From Gemmatimonadales bacterium (GTDB lineage Bacteria > Gemmatimonadota > Gemmatimonadetes > Gemmatimonadales > GWC2-71-9): a DNA stretch of 64,000 nucleotides. Position numbers and translations under genes: made by a program. Of this stretch, positions 39,835 to 49,815 are shown piece by piece (position 1 is the stretch's first letter; each line of letters opens with the position of its first letter). The notes below the pieces were generated by a model, which saw only the letters and a program-made list of their open reading frames with translations, was not told the DNA's origin and ran no database searches. The stretch spans positions 640,001 to 704,000 of the forward strand of contig OZ252244.1 in the NCBI GenBank assembly GCA_965249575.1, given 5' to 3'.

Positions 39835-40485
39835 ATGGATTACGCACTGATGAGCAGCGGGGGTAAGGACGGAACACTCGCCCTCGACCGCGCAAACCGG
39901 GACGGCCTCGAAATCAGGTTCCTCGCAAACGTGTACGAGGGATCGACGAAGCGGGTCCGTTTTCACGGTGTTCGCAATGAATGCATCGCGTTGCAGGCCG
40001 AGTCGCTTGGCCTGGAGCTCGTCACCGCACACACATCCCCCGATTCCTTCGAGCCGGTCTTCCTCGACCTCCTCCAGACGCTCAAGCGGCGGGGGTGCGA
40101 GGGTGTGGTGTTTGGCAACGTCCACCTCGCGGATGTCCGAGCCTGGTACGAAGAGCGAGTACATTCGGCAGGCCTGAAGCATGTCGAGCCGCTATGGGGC
40201 GCTCCCCCAATCGAATTGATATTCGAGGTGGTGGAACGCGGGTATCAGGCCATCGTAGTAAGTGTGGATACGTCGCAGGCCGCCGCGGGGTTTCTGGGTC
40301 GTGAGCTCGACTCTGATCTCTTGACGGATATCGGTATAACGGACGACCTGGACCCCTGCGGGGAACGGGGCGAGTTCCACACGTTCGTTTACGACGGCCC
40401 CCTATTTCGACAGCCCGTGTCGTTTCGCCAGGGCGAGATCCGGGAGATCGATGGTCATCGGTTTCTCGATCTCATTCCCGATTGA
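39835..40485 (+). CDS. Diphthine-ammonia-ligase-like PP-loop ATP pyrophosphatase (DUF71)
   Basis: SSGGKDG, RFHGV, EPLWG, DPCGERGEFHTFVYDGPLF. Confidence 0.88.
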   Translation: MDYALMSSGGKDGTLALDRANRDGLEIRFLANVYEGSTKRVRFHGVRNECIALQAESLGLELVTAHTSPDSFEPVFLDLLQTLKRRGCEGVVFGNVHLADVRAWYEERVHSAGLKHVEPLWGAPPIELIFEVVERGYQAIVVSVDTSQAAAGFLGRELDSDLLTDIGITDDLDPCGERGEFHTFVYDGPLFRQPVSFRQGEIREIDGHRFLDLIPD

Positions 40486-40498
40486 GGGGCGCCGCGGC

Positions 40499-41098
40499 TC
40501 ACAGGGCGGCCATGATCGCCATCTCCACCTCGTCGAGTGACGCCACCATTGTGTCGCCGAAATAGTAGCGAACCTCTTCACGGAGACCACGATACAGGGA
40601 CGGTCCCGTGCCTCCGCAGATCAGCGTGCCGTCGCCAATCTCGTCCGAGGGACAGAGCGTCTCGTCGTAGAACGAGATCGGGAATAGGCAATCAACTATC
40701 GATTTCAACTCGTGGTAATCGATCCCCTTCTCGATGCAGTAAGAATGAATCAGACACCCACGTCCCTCACGGTTGAGAAAAACACAAGCGCCGTTTTCGA
40801 CCTGCGTCCGGCGAGACCCTCCGCCCGGAAGCTCCCGATCTTCGTTGACTTCCGAGGAGAACCAGCGATCCCGATGAATCCCGGTGTAGGCCTCGAGGTC
40901 GTCCGCGTGCTGAACGAGACGTTGGTGATGATAGAGATCCACGTCGACGCCGTGCGTGCAGCACTGATCGTGACAGTACGTGCATTGCAGGCAGTGCGTG
41001 AAATACTGCCTCCGGAAGATCTCCGTGTCGACGCGTGAAATCACCGGTGCGCCATACCGGCTCGGGAAGGATCGTGGGAGTTGAATGATGCCGTTCAT
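40499..41098 (-). CDS. Cysteine-cluster protein (YkgJ/DUF3109-like, Fe-S or Zn binding)
   Basis: CLQCTYCHDQCC, CVFL...GCLIH, KSIVDCLFP. Confidence 0.7.
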   Translation of the reverse strand: MNGIIQLPRSFPSRYGAPVISRVDTEIFRRQYFTHCLQCTYCHDQCCTHGVDVDLYHHQRLVQHADDLEAYTGIHRDRWFSSEVNEDRELPGGGSRRTQVENGACVFLNREGRGCLIHSYCIEKGIDYHELKSIVDCLFPISFYDETLCPSDEIGDGTLICGGTGPSLYRGLREEVRYYFGDTMVASLDEVEMAIMAAL

Positions 41099-41149
41099 GA
41101 TCTGTACGCGAATCCCTCCGAGGTACTCGTGTTCGCGGAGCCGAGAGAC

Positions 41150-42184
41150 CTGTTACAGGCACGACGGACCGCGGCACGCTGTCGAGCTCATCCAGCATCT
41201 GCACAAACAGCGGAACGGCGTCAGCGGGATCCCCGGCCAACTCGAGTCGCCATCCACCATGGCGAGCCAAATGTCCCAGTCGCGGCCGGATTGCGTCCCG
41301 GAAACGATCGAACCCCATCTCCAGGTCATCCGTTAGTGCGGACTCGATCTCCGCCGGCGCGACGCGGTGCGGTGCGCGGTGCTCCTGCCAGCGCCGCGCC
41401 TGAGCAAGCACACACCGGTCGTCCCCTCGACCGGCAGGGGACGCCGCTGTAGCGGTAGGTCGACCGCCGTTTTTCGCTTGCCGTTGGCGAGGACACGAGC
41501 TTCGATCGCCCGCAGCTCGGGGAAGCGCTCGCGCACATCTTCCGGCAGGTGAATGCGCCCGGGAACGCCCCAGACTCGAAACACCGGCTCGAGCTGGAGG
41601 TATGTCACGTCCTCGGAGAGCACTTCCAGTCCCGCGCGCGCGGCGGCGTAGCTGACGGTGCTCTTCCCCGTCCCACTCGGTCCGTGGAGGAGTAGCGCGG
41701 AGTTGCCTCGGACCAGCCCCGCCGCGTGCAGCGGATGACGATCGATTGCCGTAACCAGTACGAGCGTCAACGCTTCGAGCACGCCGTAACAGAAATGCGC
41801 TCGATCGGCTACGAGCGCCGGAGTGACATACGCGAACCCTTCCCGGCGTCCCACGTCCGCCATCGCAACGCTGCCCGGCGAGAGAACGATGAACCGGTCG
41901 TTGTCCGGCATGCGATACCGCAACTGCGCGATTTCCGTCTCGCCTTCGTCGCCGGGGTGTACGATCAGCCGAACTCGCAGGCTCCCGTTTGCCAGGAGGT
42001 CGGGACGCGTGTGCAGGCTGTGCCAGCAGCCGAACGACTCCTCGACTGCATCTCGCACGCTTTCGCTATTCGTCTCGAAGCGCACCGGGACGCCCATGAC
42101 TGGCACCTCGACCACCCAACCGAGGGGCACATCCCGATACAATCCATCGTGCGACGGCTCGAAATCCACTTGCCCAGGCGTCAA
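41150..42184 (-). CDS. HPr-kinase-related P-loop kinase, frameshifted near 41370; 3' end approximate
   Basis: LHAAGL, LHGPSGTGKST, LSEDVT; coding signal continues in another frame (VAPAEIESALTDDLEMGFDRF). Confidence 0.75.
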
Positions 42185-43296
42185 ACGCGGACCTCCCCCA
42201 TGGTCAACTCGGAGTATATCGATTCCACCTGGTTCGCGGTCCAGTCGGCGTCGTACTCGAGGGCACGGCAGTATGCACCCTTGGCAATACTCAGCCGGCG
42301 CTCTTCGTCCACGAGCAACCGATGTGCCTCCCGGCCCAGTGTCGCCGCGTCGTCAACCGGAACCGCCACGGCTGCGTCAGGAGCCCACTCACGGACGTGG
42401 CCGACCGCCGTGCCCACGGTGGGTACGCCCGCCACTGCCCCCTCCAGCATAACTACCGGCCCGGCCTCGTGTCGGGAGCTGACCACCAGAACGTCGGCCG
42501 CTTCGAACAGCGGCCGAAGATCTCGATGCGTGAGAAACCCTCGGAAACGGACGAGCACACCGGATTCCAACTCGGCGGCAGCACGCTGGATCGCGCCGTC
42601 CAACGTGTCTTCGCCAACGACGTCCAGCTCGCACGCGAGGCCGCGGCGGGCGACATCGGCCACCGCGGCCAGCAGCGTGCGCTGGTCCTTCACCCGATTG
42701 AGGCTGCCGACGTGCAAGAGCTTGGCCGGGAGCCTGGGGTCGCGCCGCCGAGGCTCGCGTGCGGGCCAACGGGCGAGATCGACGCCCAGCGGTAGCCGGC
42801 GAGCCTGCCGTCCCAGGGCAGCCGCCTCCTCCAGCAGGGGCGCGCTGGCAGCCGTCACTATCGCCGCACCGCCCAATGCGAGGCGTACAGCGATTCGTCC
42901 CCCGCGCGTCAGCCGCCCACCGTAGTCGATCTCGGGCATGGAAACCAGCTCGCCCCCTCCCAGATGTAGCAGCACCGGTCGACCGAGAGCCTCGCCTGCC
43001 AGCGCGGCGATCATGCCCGCAGGCGTGGCCCACAGCGCGTGGATCACGTCAAACCGACCCCGGCGGTGCTCCGCGACGATGCCGAGTATCGCGCGCGTTC
43101 CGACGGGCCGGGCCCCGATGTTGTGGACCGTCGCTCCCAGCAGCGGATAGGTGGTCGGCTTGGGCTCCTGGTACAGGGCAAACACATGCATCTCGTGACG
43201 CCGGGCGAGCCGCTCGATGAGCCACAGGAGCGCCGGCACCACCCGGACCTCACCACTCCGATCGACGCCGCCCGGCACCACCAAGGCGACCTTCAT
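42181..43296 (-). CDS. Glycosyltransferase family 4
   Basis: HVGSLNRVKDQ, SSRHEAGPVVMLEG, PTVGTAVG. Confidence 0.9.
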   Translation of the reverse strand: MKVALVVPGGVDRSGEVRVVPALLWLIERLARRHEMHVFALYQEPKPTTYPLLGATVHNIGARPVGTRAILGIVAEHRRGRFDVIHALWATPAGMIAALAGEALGRPVLLHLGGGELVSMPEIDYGGRLTRGGRIAVRLALGGAAIVTAASAPLLEEAAALGRQARRLPLGVDLARWPAREPRRRDPRLPAKLLHVGSLNRVKDQRTLLAAVADVARRGLACELDVVGEDTLDGAIQRAAAELESGVLVRFRGFLTHRDLRPLFEAADVLVVSSRHEAGPVVMLEGAVAGVPTVGTAVGHVREWAPDAAVAVPVDDAATLGREAHRLLVDEERRLSIAKGAYCRALEYDADWTANQVESIYSELTMGEVRV

Positions 43297-44498
43297 GTCG
43301 CCGCTACGACGGCGCGGTACGCACCGCACAGCTGGGCGCCGATCGCGTCGAACGAGAGCGTGCGCTCGAAATGCGCTCGCGTCTGCGCGCGGAGGACCGG
43401 ATCGAGCCGCGCACTCCATGAGACGAGGGCATCTGCCATCGCTTGGGAGTCGCCGTGAGGGACGAGAGCCCCCATCGAGCCGGCGCCCGTGATCCGGCGG
43501 AATGACGGAATGTCGGTCACCAATGGCGTGACGCCACACGCCATCGCTTCGATCACGCTGTATCCACTCCCTTCGAAATGGCTTCCGGACACCACAAGAT
43601 CCGTGGCTCGGAAGTACTGCTCCATTCTCGCGTGCGGAACGTCGCCCACCAGTGTCACCCGCTGCCGGAGCGCCGGATCAACTCCGATGCGTCGCCGCAC
43701 CTGATCGAGGAGTGGCGCCGACCGGTAGCACAGCCACAGGCGGGCCCCCGGGATGGCGGGCGCCGCTCGTGAGAGGGCGTCGAGCACCATCAGCGGATCC
43801 TTGTTCTCGTTCAGGTGCCCAACCCAGATGAGGCACGGGTCGCCACTGACGCCCGTAACCTGACGCGCCGCCGGCCGGTCGCCTGGAGAGAACCACGTCG
43901 AGCCCTCAATTACCTCGTACACCGGAATGTGAGGACGCAGCACCCGACCCTCGACGAAGGGGCGAGCCTGTTCCCGTGCCGTGAAGGCCACGCCGGCAAG
44001 CGGCGCGAGTCCCCATCGGTGCACGGCCCGGCGCCATCCAGGGAATGGCCGCGATGCGTGATCCTGCGCCAGAATCGGAATGCCAGGAGCCGCTCGCGCT
44101 AGGTACCTGGTCTGGAACGGGAATGAGAGTCCCTGGAGGTGAATCACATGGGGCTGGAGACTTGTCGCGCGGGAGAGAAGCCGCCGTGGACGCCGTGGGA
44201 TCCGGGGGCGCGGCGGAAAGGCGAAGAAGGGCGGTTCACCCTCGCTCACGAAGTAGAAGCGCACGCCGTCACGCTCGAGCACGGCATCCGTGTGCGCCGC
44301 CTGAACGACAGCCACATCGGTTCCCGCCCGCTGCACAGCACGAGCGACTTCATGCAAGGTGGGCCATGCCTCCATCAGCTCGGCCGGCGCGCGCTGCAAC
44401 GTGTCCCGGAAAAAACTCACGTGCACGGCGAGCTGCCGAGACCGATCGGAGTCGGCCTGGAGAGCGGTAGCTGGTATCACCGGTGTTCTATCCGTCAC
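43293..44498 (-). CDS. Glycosyltransferase family 4
   Basis: WVGHLNENKDP, SHFEGSGYSVIEAMACG. Confidence 0.9.
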   Translation of the reverse strand: MTDRTPVIPATALQADSDRSRQLAVHVSFFRDTLQRAPAELMEAWPTLHEVARAVQRAGTDVAVVQAAHTDAVLERDGVRFYFVSEGEPPFFAFPPRPRIPRRPRRLLSRATSLQPHVIHLQGLSFPFQTRYLARAAPGIPILAQDHASRPFPGWRRAVHRWGLAPLAGVAFTAREQARPFVEGRVLRPHIPVYEVIEGSTWFSPGDRPAARQVTGVSGDPCLIWVGHLNENKDPLMVLDALSRAAPAIPGARLWLCYRSAPLLDQVRRRIGVDPALRQRVTLVGDVPHARMEQYFRATDLVVSGSHFEGSGYSVIEAMACGVTPLVTDIPSFRRITGAGSMGALVPHGDSQAMADALVSWSARLDPVLRAQTRAHFERTLSFDAIGAQLCGAYRAVVAAT

Positions 44499-46080
44499 CC
44501 AGAGGGCACGCCGCAGCCGGCACGATTCGCCGGACCTCGATTTTCCCGTAAGTCCGATCCGTCCGCTCGCCGCCCCGCCGCGTGCAGTTCTGCAGGAGAT
44601 TCGTCACACCTGCGGCGAATTCGTCTGCGGATCTCTCGAGATCACTCCGCACGTCCGCATCGACGACAACGTACTCGACGCCGGCGGCCTGAATGAATTC
44701 GGCCACGGTGTGCCCGCTCCGGGGCGCGGTTGAGCGCGCCAACCACTGCAATCGGAGGTTGTGCAGGGCTACATAGTCACGCCCGCGTAGGGCCCACGCC
44801 CAACGGGCCGACCCTGCAACCTTGGCGCCGCCCGGTAACAAGCCTCCGACCGAACGGCCGACCACACCGTAATCACTGATGCCGGCGGACGAGCGCCGAT
44901 CGTACCAGTAGGCTCCGAGGCCTTCAACGGCTACCGCACACATCAGGCCAACCCCGAAGAGGGCAGCGGCCTTCCACCACCCGGTCCCGCGCGCCAGCGC
45001 TCGTTTCGCCAGCGCCACGACGCCCAATGCCGCAACAATGCAGATCGAAGGCCAGAACACGAAAGCGTACAGCGTAGCCTTTGTCGTTTCCAGGAAAGCG
45101 AACAGGACCACGGGAACCACCAGTGTGAGCGCGACCAGGCGGTCTCCGACGTCGCGACCACCGCGCACTCTGGTCCACAGAACAGCTAGAGCCGGCCAAA
45201 TCCCGACCAGCAGGACCCAGCGCCCCAGCCGTGGCTCCAGGCGCCGCAGATAGCGAAGCGGTTCACGAGTGATCCCGTCTAACAGTGCCTCAACACCGGC
45301 TGACGGCAAACGCGCCGGGAACGCATGGCGAACTTGATCGGCGGCGTCGTGCCAATGGCTCGCGACGTGCACGGCGTATGGCAGCAGCACCACGGCGAAC
45401 CCGCCAGCCATCCATCGGATGGTTGGCTCACGCAATCCCTTCACGCCGAATTGCCACAGCCACGCCGCGCCGATGACCAGGATGACGAAGAAACCGTAGA
45501 ACTGGGTGAGCGTGGCGATCCCCGCACACGCACCGGTTCCAAGGGCCGCGAGCCAACCACTCCGGCGAAACGTGGTGTCGGCAAGCAGAAGAGCCACCCA
45601 CATCCACATGACCGCGGTGAGGTCGTACCTGGCCGACCGAGCCACCGAGAGTAGCGGAACCCCGAGATCCATCGCGACCACGTGGGACCGCCATAGGATC
45701 ATGAGGCCGCCGGTCAGCACCGCCACCGCGACGCCGTACCATCGCATGGCCAGTAACGTGACGGCCCACACCAATGCGACGCCACTGGCCACCGACACCC
45801 AGCGCGCTACCGCGATTCCGGGACCGAAGAGCCGGAAGGCACTGGCTTGGAGCACATGATGGCCCGGGAGATTGAGGAAGTAATGGTCTTCGGCACGAAA
45901 GAAGCCGGCGTACAAGTCCGCACCAAGAACGCCCTGTGTCGCGAGCTTGTGCGATACAGAAGCGATCCAGGCTTCATCGCCCGTGACCGGGCGCACACGA
46001 TCCAGATCCATGGCCGCTGACCAAACGAAGAACACGCTCAGGGCCAGCAGCCAAAGGAGGAGGAGCCGTCGGGAAATCAC
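44488..46080 (-). CDS. ArnT/PMT-like (GT-C fold) membrane glycosyltransferase
   Basis: GDEAW acidic motif after TM1, ARWVSV, RSARYD, many TM helices. Confidence 0.78.
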   Translation of the reverse strand: MISRRLLLLWLLALSVFFVWSAAMDLDRVRPVTGDEAWIASVSHKLATQGVLGADLYAGFFRAEDHYFLNLPGHHVLQASAFRLFGPGIAVARWVSVASGVALVWAVTLLAMRWYGVAVAVLTGGLMILWRSHVVAMDLGVPLLSVARSARYDLTAVMWMWVALLLADTTFRRSGWLAALGTGACAGIATLTQFYGFFVILVIGAAWLWQFGVKGLREPTIRWMAGGFAVVLLPYAVHVASHWHDAADQVRHAFPARLPSAGVEALLDGITREPLRYLRRLEPRLGRWVLLVGIWPALAVLWTRVRGGRDVGDRLVALTLVVPVVLFAFLETTKATLYAFVFWPSICIVAALGVVALAKRALARGTGWWKAAALFGVGLMCAVAVEGLGAYWYDRRSSAGISDYGVVGRSVGGLLPGGAKVAGSARWAWALRGRDYVALHNLRLQWLARSTAPRSGHTVAEFIQAAGVEYVVVDADVRSDLERSADEFAAGVTNLLQNCTRRGGERTDRTYGKIEVRRIVPAAACPLGDG

Positions 46081-47063
46081 TGAGTTTCGCCCGAGTCGCG
46101 TCCCTCACTGAGGCGCGTTTCGGGAACGTCAGTTACCCGCCGACGAAGCGAAGCCGAGAGTAATCCCGAGAGAGATGTCCTCGCGAGCGCCCGCCACCAC
46201 CGCGGATTCCAAGGACGATACCGGAACGAGGCCGCGAGAACGCCGAAGGCGCGGGCGGTCGCACCGGAAAGCCGGAGTTGGCTTGCGTGATACACGGCGT
46301 AGTGAGCTCGCTGTCGATTGCAGAGCTTGCGAATGGCGCGGGGCGGGTTCTGGGCCCGCAGGAACTTCGTGTAGACCTGGACGAACGCCTCGTTGACCTC
46401 TGGCCGGCCTCTCGTGTTGTTCCCTGCATGCAGCCGAACCCGTGACAACCGTTGCGGCACGGCTCGTGCTCGGCTGCAAGCCGCCAGTCGAAGCCACAGA
46501 TCGTAGTCCTCGCTGAACCGAAGCGCTTCGTCGAACCTTCCGGCGTCTTCGATCAGACGAAGCTTCGCCAGCACGGTCGGACACGCGACCATCGCCTCGT
46601 GTGCCAGGAGTGCCTCGACGATGTCTCCGGAGCGTGGCTTCCAAGCCCTGAAGCGCGATTTCGGAAGTACACGGCCGCCGTCATCAATCAGCTCAACATC
46701 GGTGTAGCTCCAGCCGCACTCGGGATGCCTCAGGAGATCGGCAACTTGGATTTCCAGCTTTCGCGCATCCCAGAGATCATCGGAGTCTAGAAAGGCGACC
46801 AGATCGCCGGTCGCAGCCGCCAAGCCCGCGTTTCGTACGCGGGCTGGAACACCCGAATGCGGTAGCGAGATGGTGCGGACGCGTGGATCAGCGACATCGC
46901 GAAGGTAGTCGGTGGTCGCGTCGGTCGAGCCGTCGTCGATCACGATCAACTCCCACGAGGACCACGTCTGGGCGAGCACGGAGGCCACACACGCCTCGAG
47001 ATACTCGGCGCGGTTGAAGGTCGGCACGACGACGGACACCAGCGGCTCTGGTGTCATCGTCAC
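46077..47063 (-). CDS. Glycosyltransferase family 2
   Basis: VSVVVPTFNR, IDDGSTD, RNAGL, AFLDSDDLW, EDYDLWLR. Confidence 0.93.
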   Translation of the reverse strand: MTMTPEPLVSVVVPTFNRAEYLEACVASVLAQTWSSWELIVIDDGSTDATTDYLRDVADPRVRTISLPHSGVPARVRNAGLAAATGDLVAFLDSDDLWDARKLEIQVADLLRHPECGWSYTDVELIDDGGRVLPKSRFRAWKPRSGDIVEALLAHEAMVACPTVLAKLRLIEDAGRFDEALRFSEDYDLWLRLAACSRARAVPQRLSRVRLHAGNNTRGRPEVNEAFVQVYTKFLRAQNPPRAIRKLCNRQRAHYAVYHASQLRLSGATARAFGVLAASFRYRPWNPRWWRALARTSLSGLLSASLRRRVTDVPETRLSEGRDSGETQ

Positions 47064-47195
47064 GCGACCGGAAAGATCACGAGCGTCGCGAGCATGACTC
47101 TCCCTTGACTGCCACCCGCCAATAGTATCCGGGCTGACCGTGCCGGGAAGCTATTTTCCAAACTCGAGCGTAACGCATAGTCGGATGCTTCGGGG

Positions 47196-47530
47196 ATGGC
47201 TCGTCCGCGATCGACGCTCCATGGAGGCACTCTGCCCGCTGACAATCAGGCACGCGTCGAGCGTTGGCAACGGCACGGGGACCCAAGCGTCCTCTGGCCT
47301 GACGTTTCCGAGCCAGCTCGTAGGCGTGCCCTGGAACGCATCGAGGCTGTCGCCCGACACCTCCTAACGGGCGCCCCGGGGACTCCCCCGCTAAGGGGGA
47401 ATGGCGACGTCCACCCAAAAGCAATCGGGATCGCCGCATTCTCTTCGGCGACCGGACCGCTGCTGGGCTATTGGATCGAGCGGAAGCAACTCGCCTCCGA
47501 TTCCACGACCACCGCGCTCCTCACTCGCCA
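47196..47530 (+). pseudogene. N-terminal fragment, possibly of a nucleotidyltransferase-family (NTP_transf_5-like) protein
   Basis: GDPSVLWP...AIGIAAFSSATGPLLGYWIE, then an abrupt switch into antisense MFS sequence; family call rests on context and recollection. Confidence 0.45.
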
Positions 47531-47940
47531 CCGCGCCGGGAACGCCAACGACGAACGTGAGCGCCCAGAGCGAGGGCCCGAAGACCAGGGTCCAGAATGA
47601 CAGTATCCGGTACAAACCAAAGCGCGCCGCCAGCTCCCCGCTCCCGAAGATGAGCACGGCGGTCACCGCGTGCGACAGACCGAACACCCAGCCGATTCGG
47701 TCGACAGAGAGATCGTGGACTCGCGCGAAATACAGGTTAAAGAACGGCTGGACGAGGGCCGGGGCCGTCATCCACAGCAGCACCAGGCCGATGAGTACCA
47801 AGAAGGGCAATGAACGGAACCCGCTCCATCGCAGCTCTCGGGCGCCGGTATCCGAAACCGGTACCGGTGTAACGCCCGCGGTTTGGTCGCGCCCACCGGT
47901 CACCGCGAACAGCGCGGCGCTCGCGGCTGTACCTGCCGCG
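47530..47940 (-). pseudogene. Internal fragment of an MFS transporter (no start, no natural end)
   Basis: ALVQPFFNLYFARVHDLSVDRIGWVF...GELAARFG.YR, the C-terminal-half MFS motif. Confidence 0.7.
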
Positions 47941-47941
47941 G

Positions 47942-49810
47942 GCGTCGCTCGCGCCCCTTCGACCGAGCCAAATCGGTTTTGCACTCTCGGCGCTCGAAGC
48001 AGCGGATCTCGAACGCGAGCCGACGCTGCACCTGGCCGAAGCCCTCACGCGTCTCCCCAGCATCTCGCTGGACGAGGCAGCGGGACCCGGCGGGCCGACA
48101 GTCCTACGCATTCGAGGAGGCGAGGAGGTATTCGGTCAGATCCTCATGGACGGTGTTCGCATCAACCAGAACGGCGGTTTTTTCGACTTTCAAGGGTTCA
48201 CACTGACCAACGTCAATCGGATCGAGGTGACCCGAGGCCCGCACAGCGCGCTGTACGGGTCCTCAGCGGTGAGCGGCGTCATTCAGTTCATGACGCGCGC
48301 CGGCCAGCCGGGGCCTGCCCGTTTCGAGCTCCTGTCCGAGGGTGGCGGAGCGACTGAGTCCGGAGGGACCTTCCGAGGCTCGCTGAGCGTGAGCGGCGGT
48401 ACGCCCGCCGTCCGATACTCGACGGGGCTCGGCCTGGCGTACGACCGCGGCATCTACGACGTGGCGCACGACACGTGGACCCGCGACGCTTCTGTGCGGC
48501 TCGACGCGACGGTAGTACCCGGGTTGGAGGTCGTGGGCGTCGCACGCAACGTCGACGTGGATGCCAACCTTCCGGTCCGGGACCCTGGGGCCACCCGGGT
48601 CGCGTTGGATCCGAATGCCCGGAATGAACGCAACCGGTTGGTTTCATCGCTGTCGGCGAAGCTCTTCCCAAACTCCGATTGGCGTCACGACCTGTCGGTC
48701 TCGCTCTACCGCGAACGATTCATCTTCGATGACCAGCAAGACGGAGTCCCGGATCCTTCGCAGCTGGGGTTCTTCGTGTTCGACGCAAACTTTACCCTCA
48801 ATAGCCTGCTCCGCCGAGTCGCGGTGGAGTATGTTGGCCGCAAGTCCCTCGGGTTGCCGAACCGGAACACGCTGGTCTTTTCCTACGGCGGCCGACTCGA
48901 GCGGGAGGACCTCGACGACGAGACCAGCGGCGATTTCGGTGACGGCCAGCTGGGACTCGATCGATCCAGCCGGGCGCTCTTCGCCGAGATTCACTCGGAG
49001 CTCGGGCCCGTCAGTTTGTTAGCCGGCACTAGACTGGAGAAGTCCGAGGGGCTCGACGCCGAGTTCACACCGCGAGCCAGCGTCGTGATCGGTTTGGCTC
49101 CAGGAGTGCTGTCGCTGCGGGGAGCGGTCGGGCGGGCGTTCAAGGCCCCGAATCTGCAGCAGCAGTTCCTCGACAACCCGTTCATCGTCTCCAACCCCGA
49201 TCTCGTGGCCGAAACGAGTACCAGTTGGGAAGTCGGCGTGACAGCTCATACGCTCGATCGGCGGGTGTCGGGCGGTGTCGCGTATTTCCGGCAGTCGTTC
49301 AACGATCTGATACGGTCCGTTGGCATCGCGGGATCCAGCCAGCAGATCAATCGCAACCTCGGCAAGAGTCGCGCGCAGGGCATCGAAGCCGAGGTAACCA
49401 TGCAGTCGGCCGGCAGTTGGGCCGTTGGGCTGAGCGGTGCTTGGGTTGACACCGAAATCCTCGACAACGTTGGGCTCTCACCGGCGGAGTATCCGGTGGG
49501 TGCTTCACTGCCGTTTCGTCCGAGCTTTGTCGCGAGCGGGTTCGTCGAGTTGCCGATCCACGAGCGAATCTCGACCGTGGTCCGTGGTACGGCGGTCGGA
49601 AAGCAAACGGTGCTGACCGAACGCTTCTCGGGACAGCGCGCGGACATCGAGGAGTACTTCCTGTTAGGAGTGACTTTCCGGTACCGAGCGGCCGCCTGGG
49701 CTGACCTCTACCTCCGGGCAGAGAACCTCCTCGACGTGGATTACGAAACGGCCTTCGACCGGCGGGGCATTCCGGCAACGATGGCCGCAGGCGTGCGCAT
49801 CAATCGGTAG
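47942..49810 (+). CDS. TonB-dependent receptor (BtuB-like), missing its signal peptide and TonB box
   Basis: Frame is open upstream of the 48146 ATG with plug sequence ASLAPLRPSQIG...LRIRGG...ILMDGV, IEVTRGPHSALYGSSAVSGVI; barrel motifs RAFKAP, NPDLVAE, ENLLDVDYE. Confidence 0.85.
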   Translation, partial: ASLAPLRPSQIGFALSALEAADLEREPTLHLAEALTRLPSISLDEAAGPGGPTVLRIRGGEEVFGQILMDGVRINQNGGFFDFQGFTLTNVNRIEVTRGPHSALYGSSAVSGVIQFMTRAGQPGPARFELLSEGGGATESGGTFRGSLSVSGGTPAVRYSTGLGLAYDRGIYDVAHDTWTRDASVRLDATVVPGLEVVGVARNVDVDANLPVRDPGATRVALDPNARNERNRLVSSLSAKLFPNSDWRHDLSVSLYRERFIFDDQQDGVPDPSQLGFFVFDANFTLNSLLRRVAVEYVGRKSLGLPNRNTLVFSYGGRLEREDLDDETSGDFGDGQLGLDRSSRALFAEIHSELGPVSLLAGTRLEKSEGLDAEFTPRASVVIGLAPGVLSLRGAVGRAFKAPNLQQQFLDNPFIVSNPDLVAETSTSWEVGVTAHTLDRRVSGGVAYFRQSFNDLIRSVGIAGSSQQINRNLGKSRAQGIEAEVTMQSAGSWAVGLSGAWVDTEILDNVGLSPAEYPVGASLPFRPSFVASGFVELPIHERISTVVRGTAVGKQTVLTERFSGQRADIEEYFLLGVTFRYRAAAWADLYLRAENLLDVDYETAFDRRGIPATMAAGVRINR

Positions 49811-49815
49811 TATCG

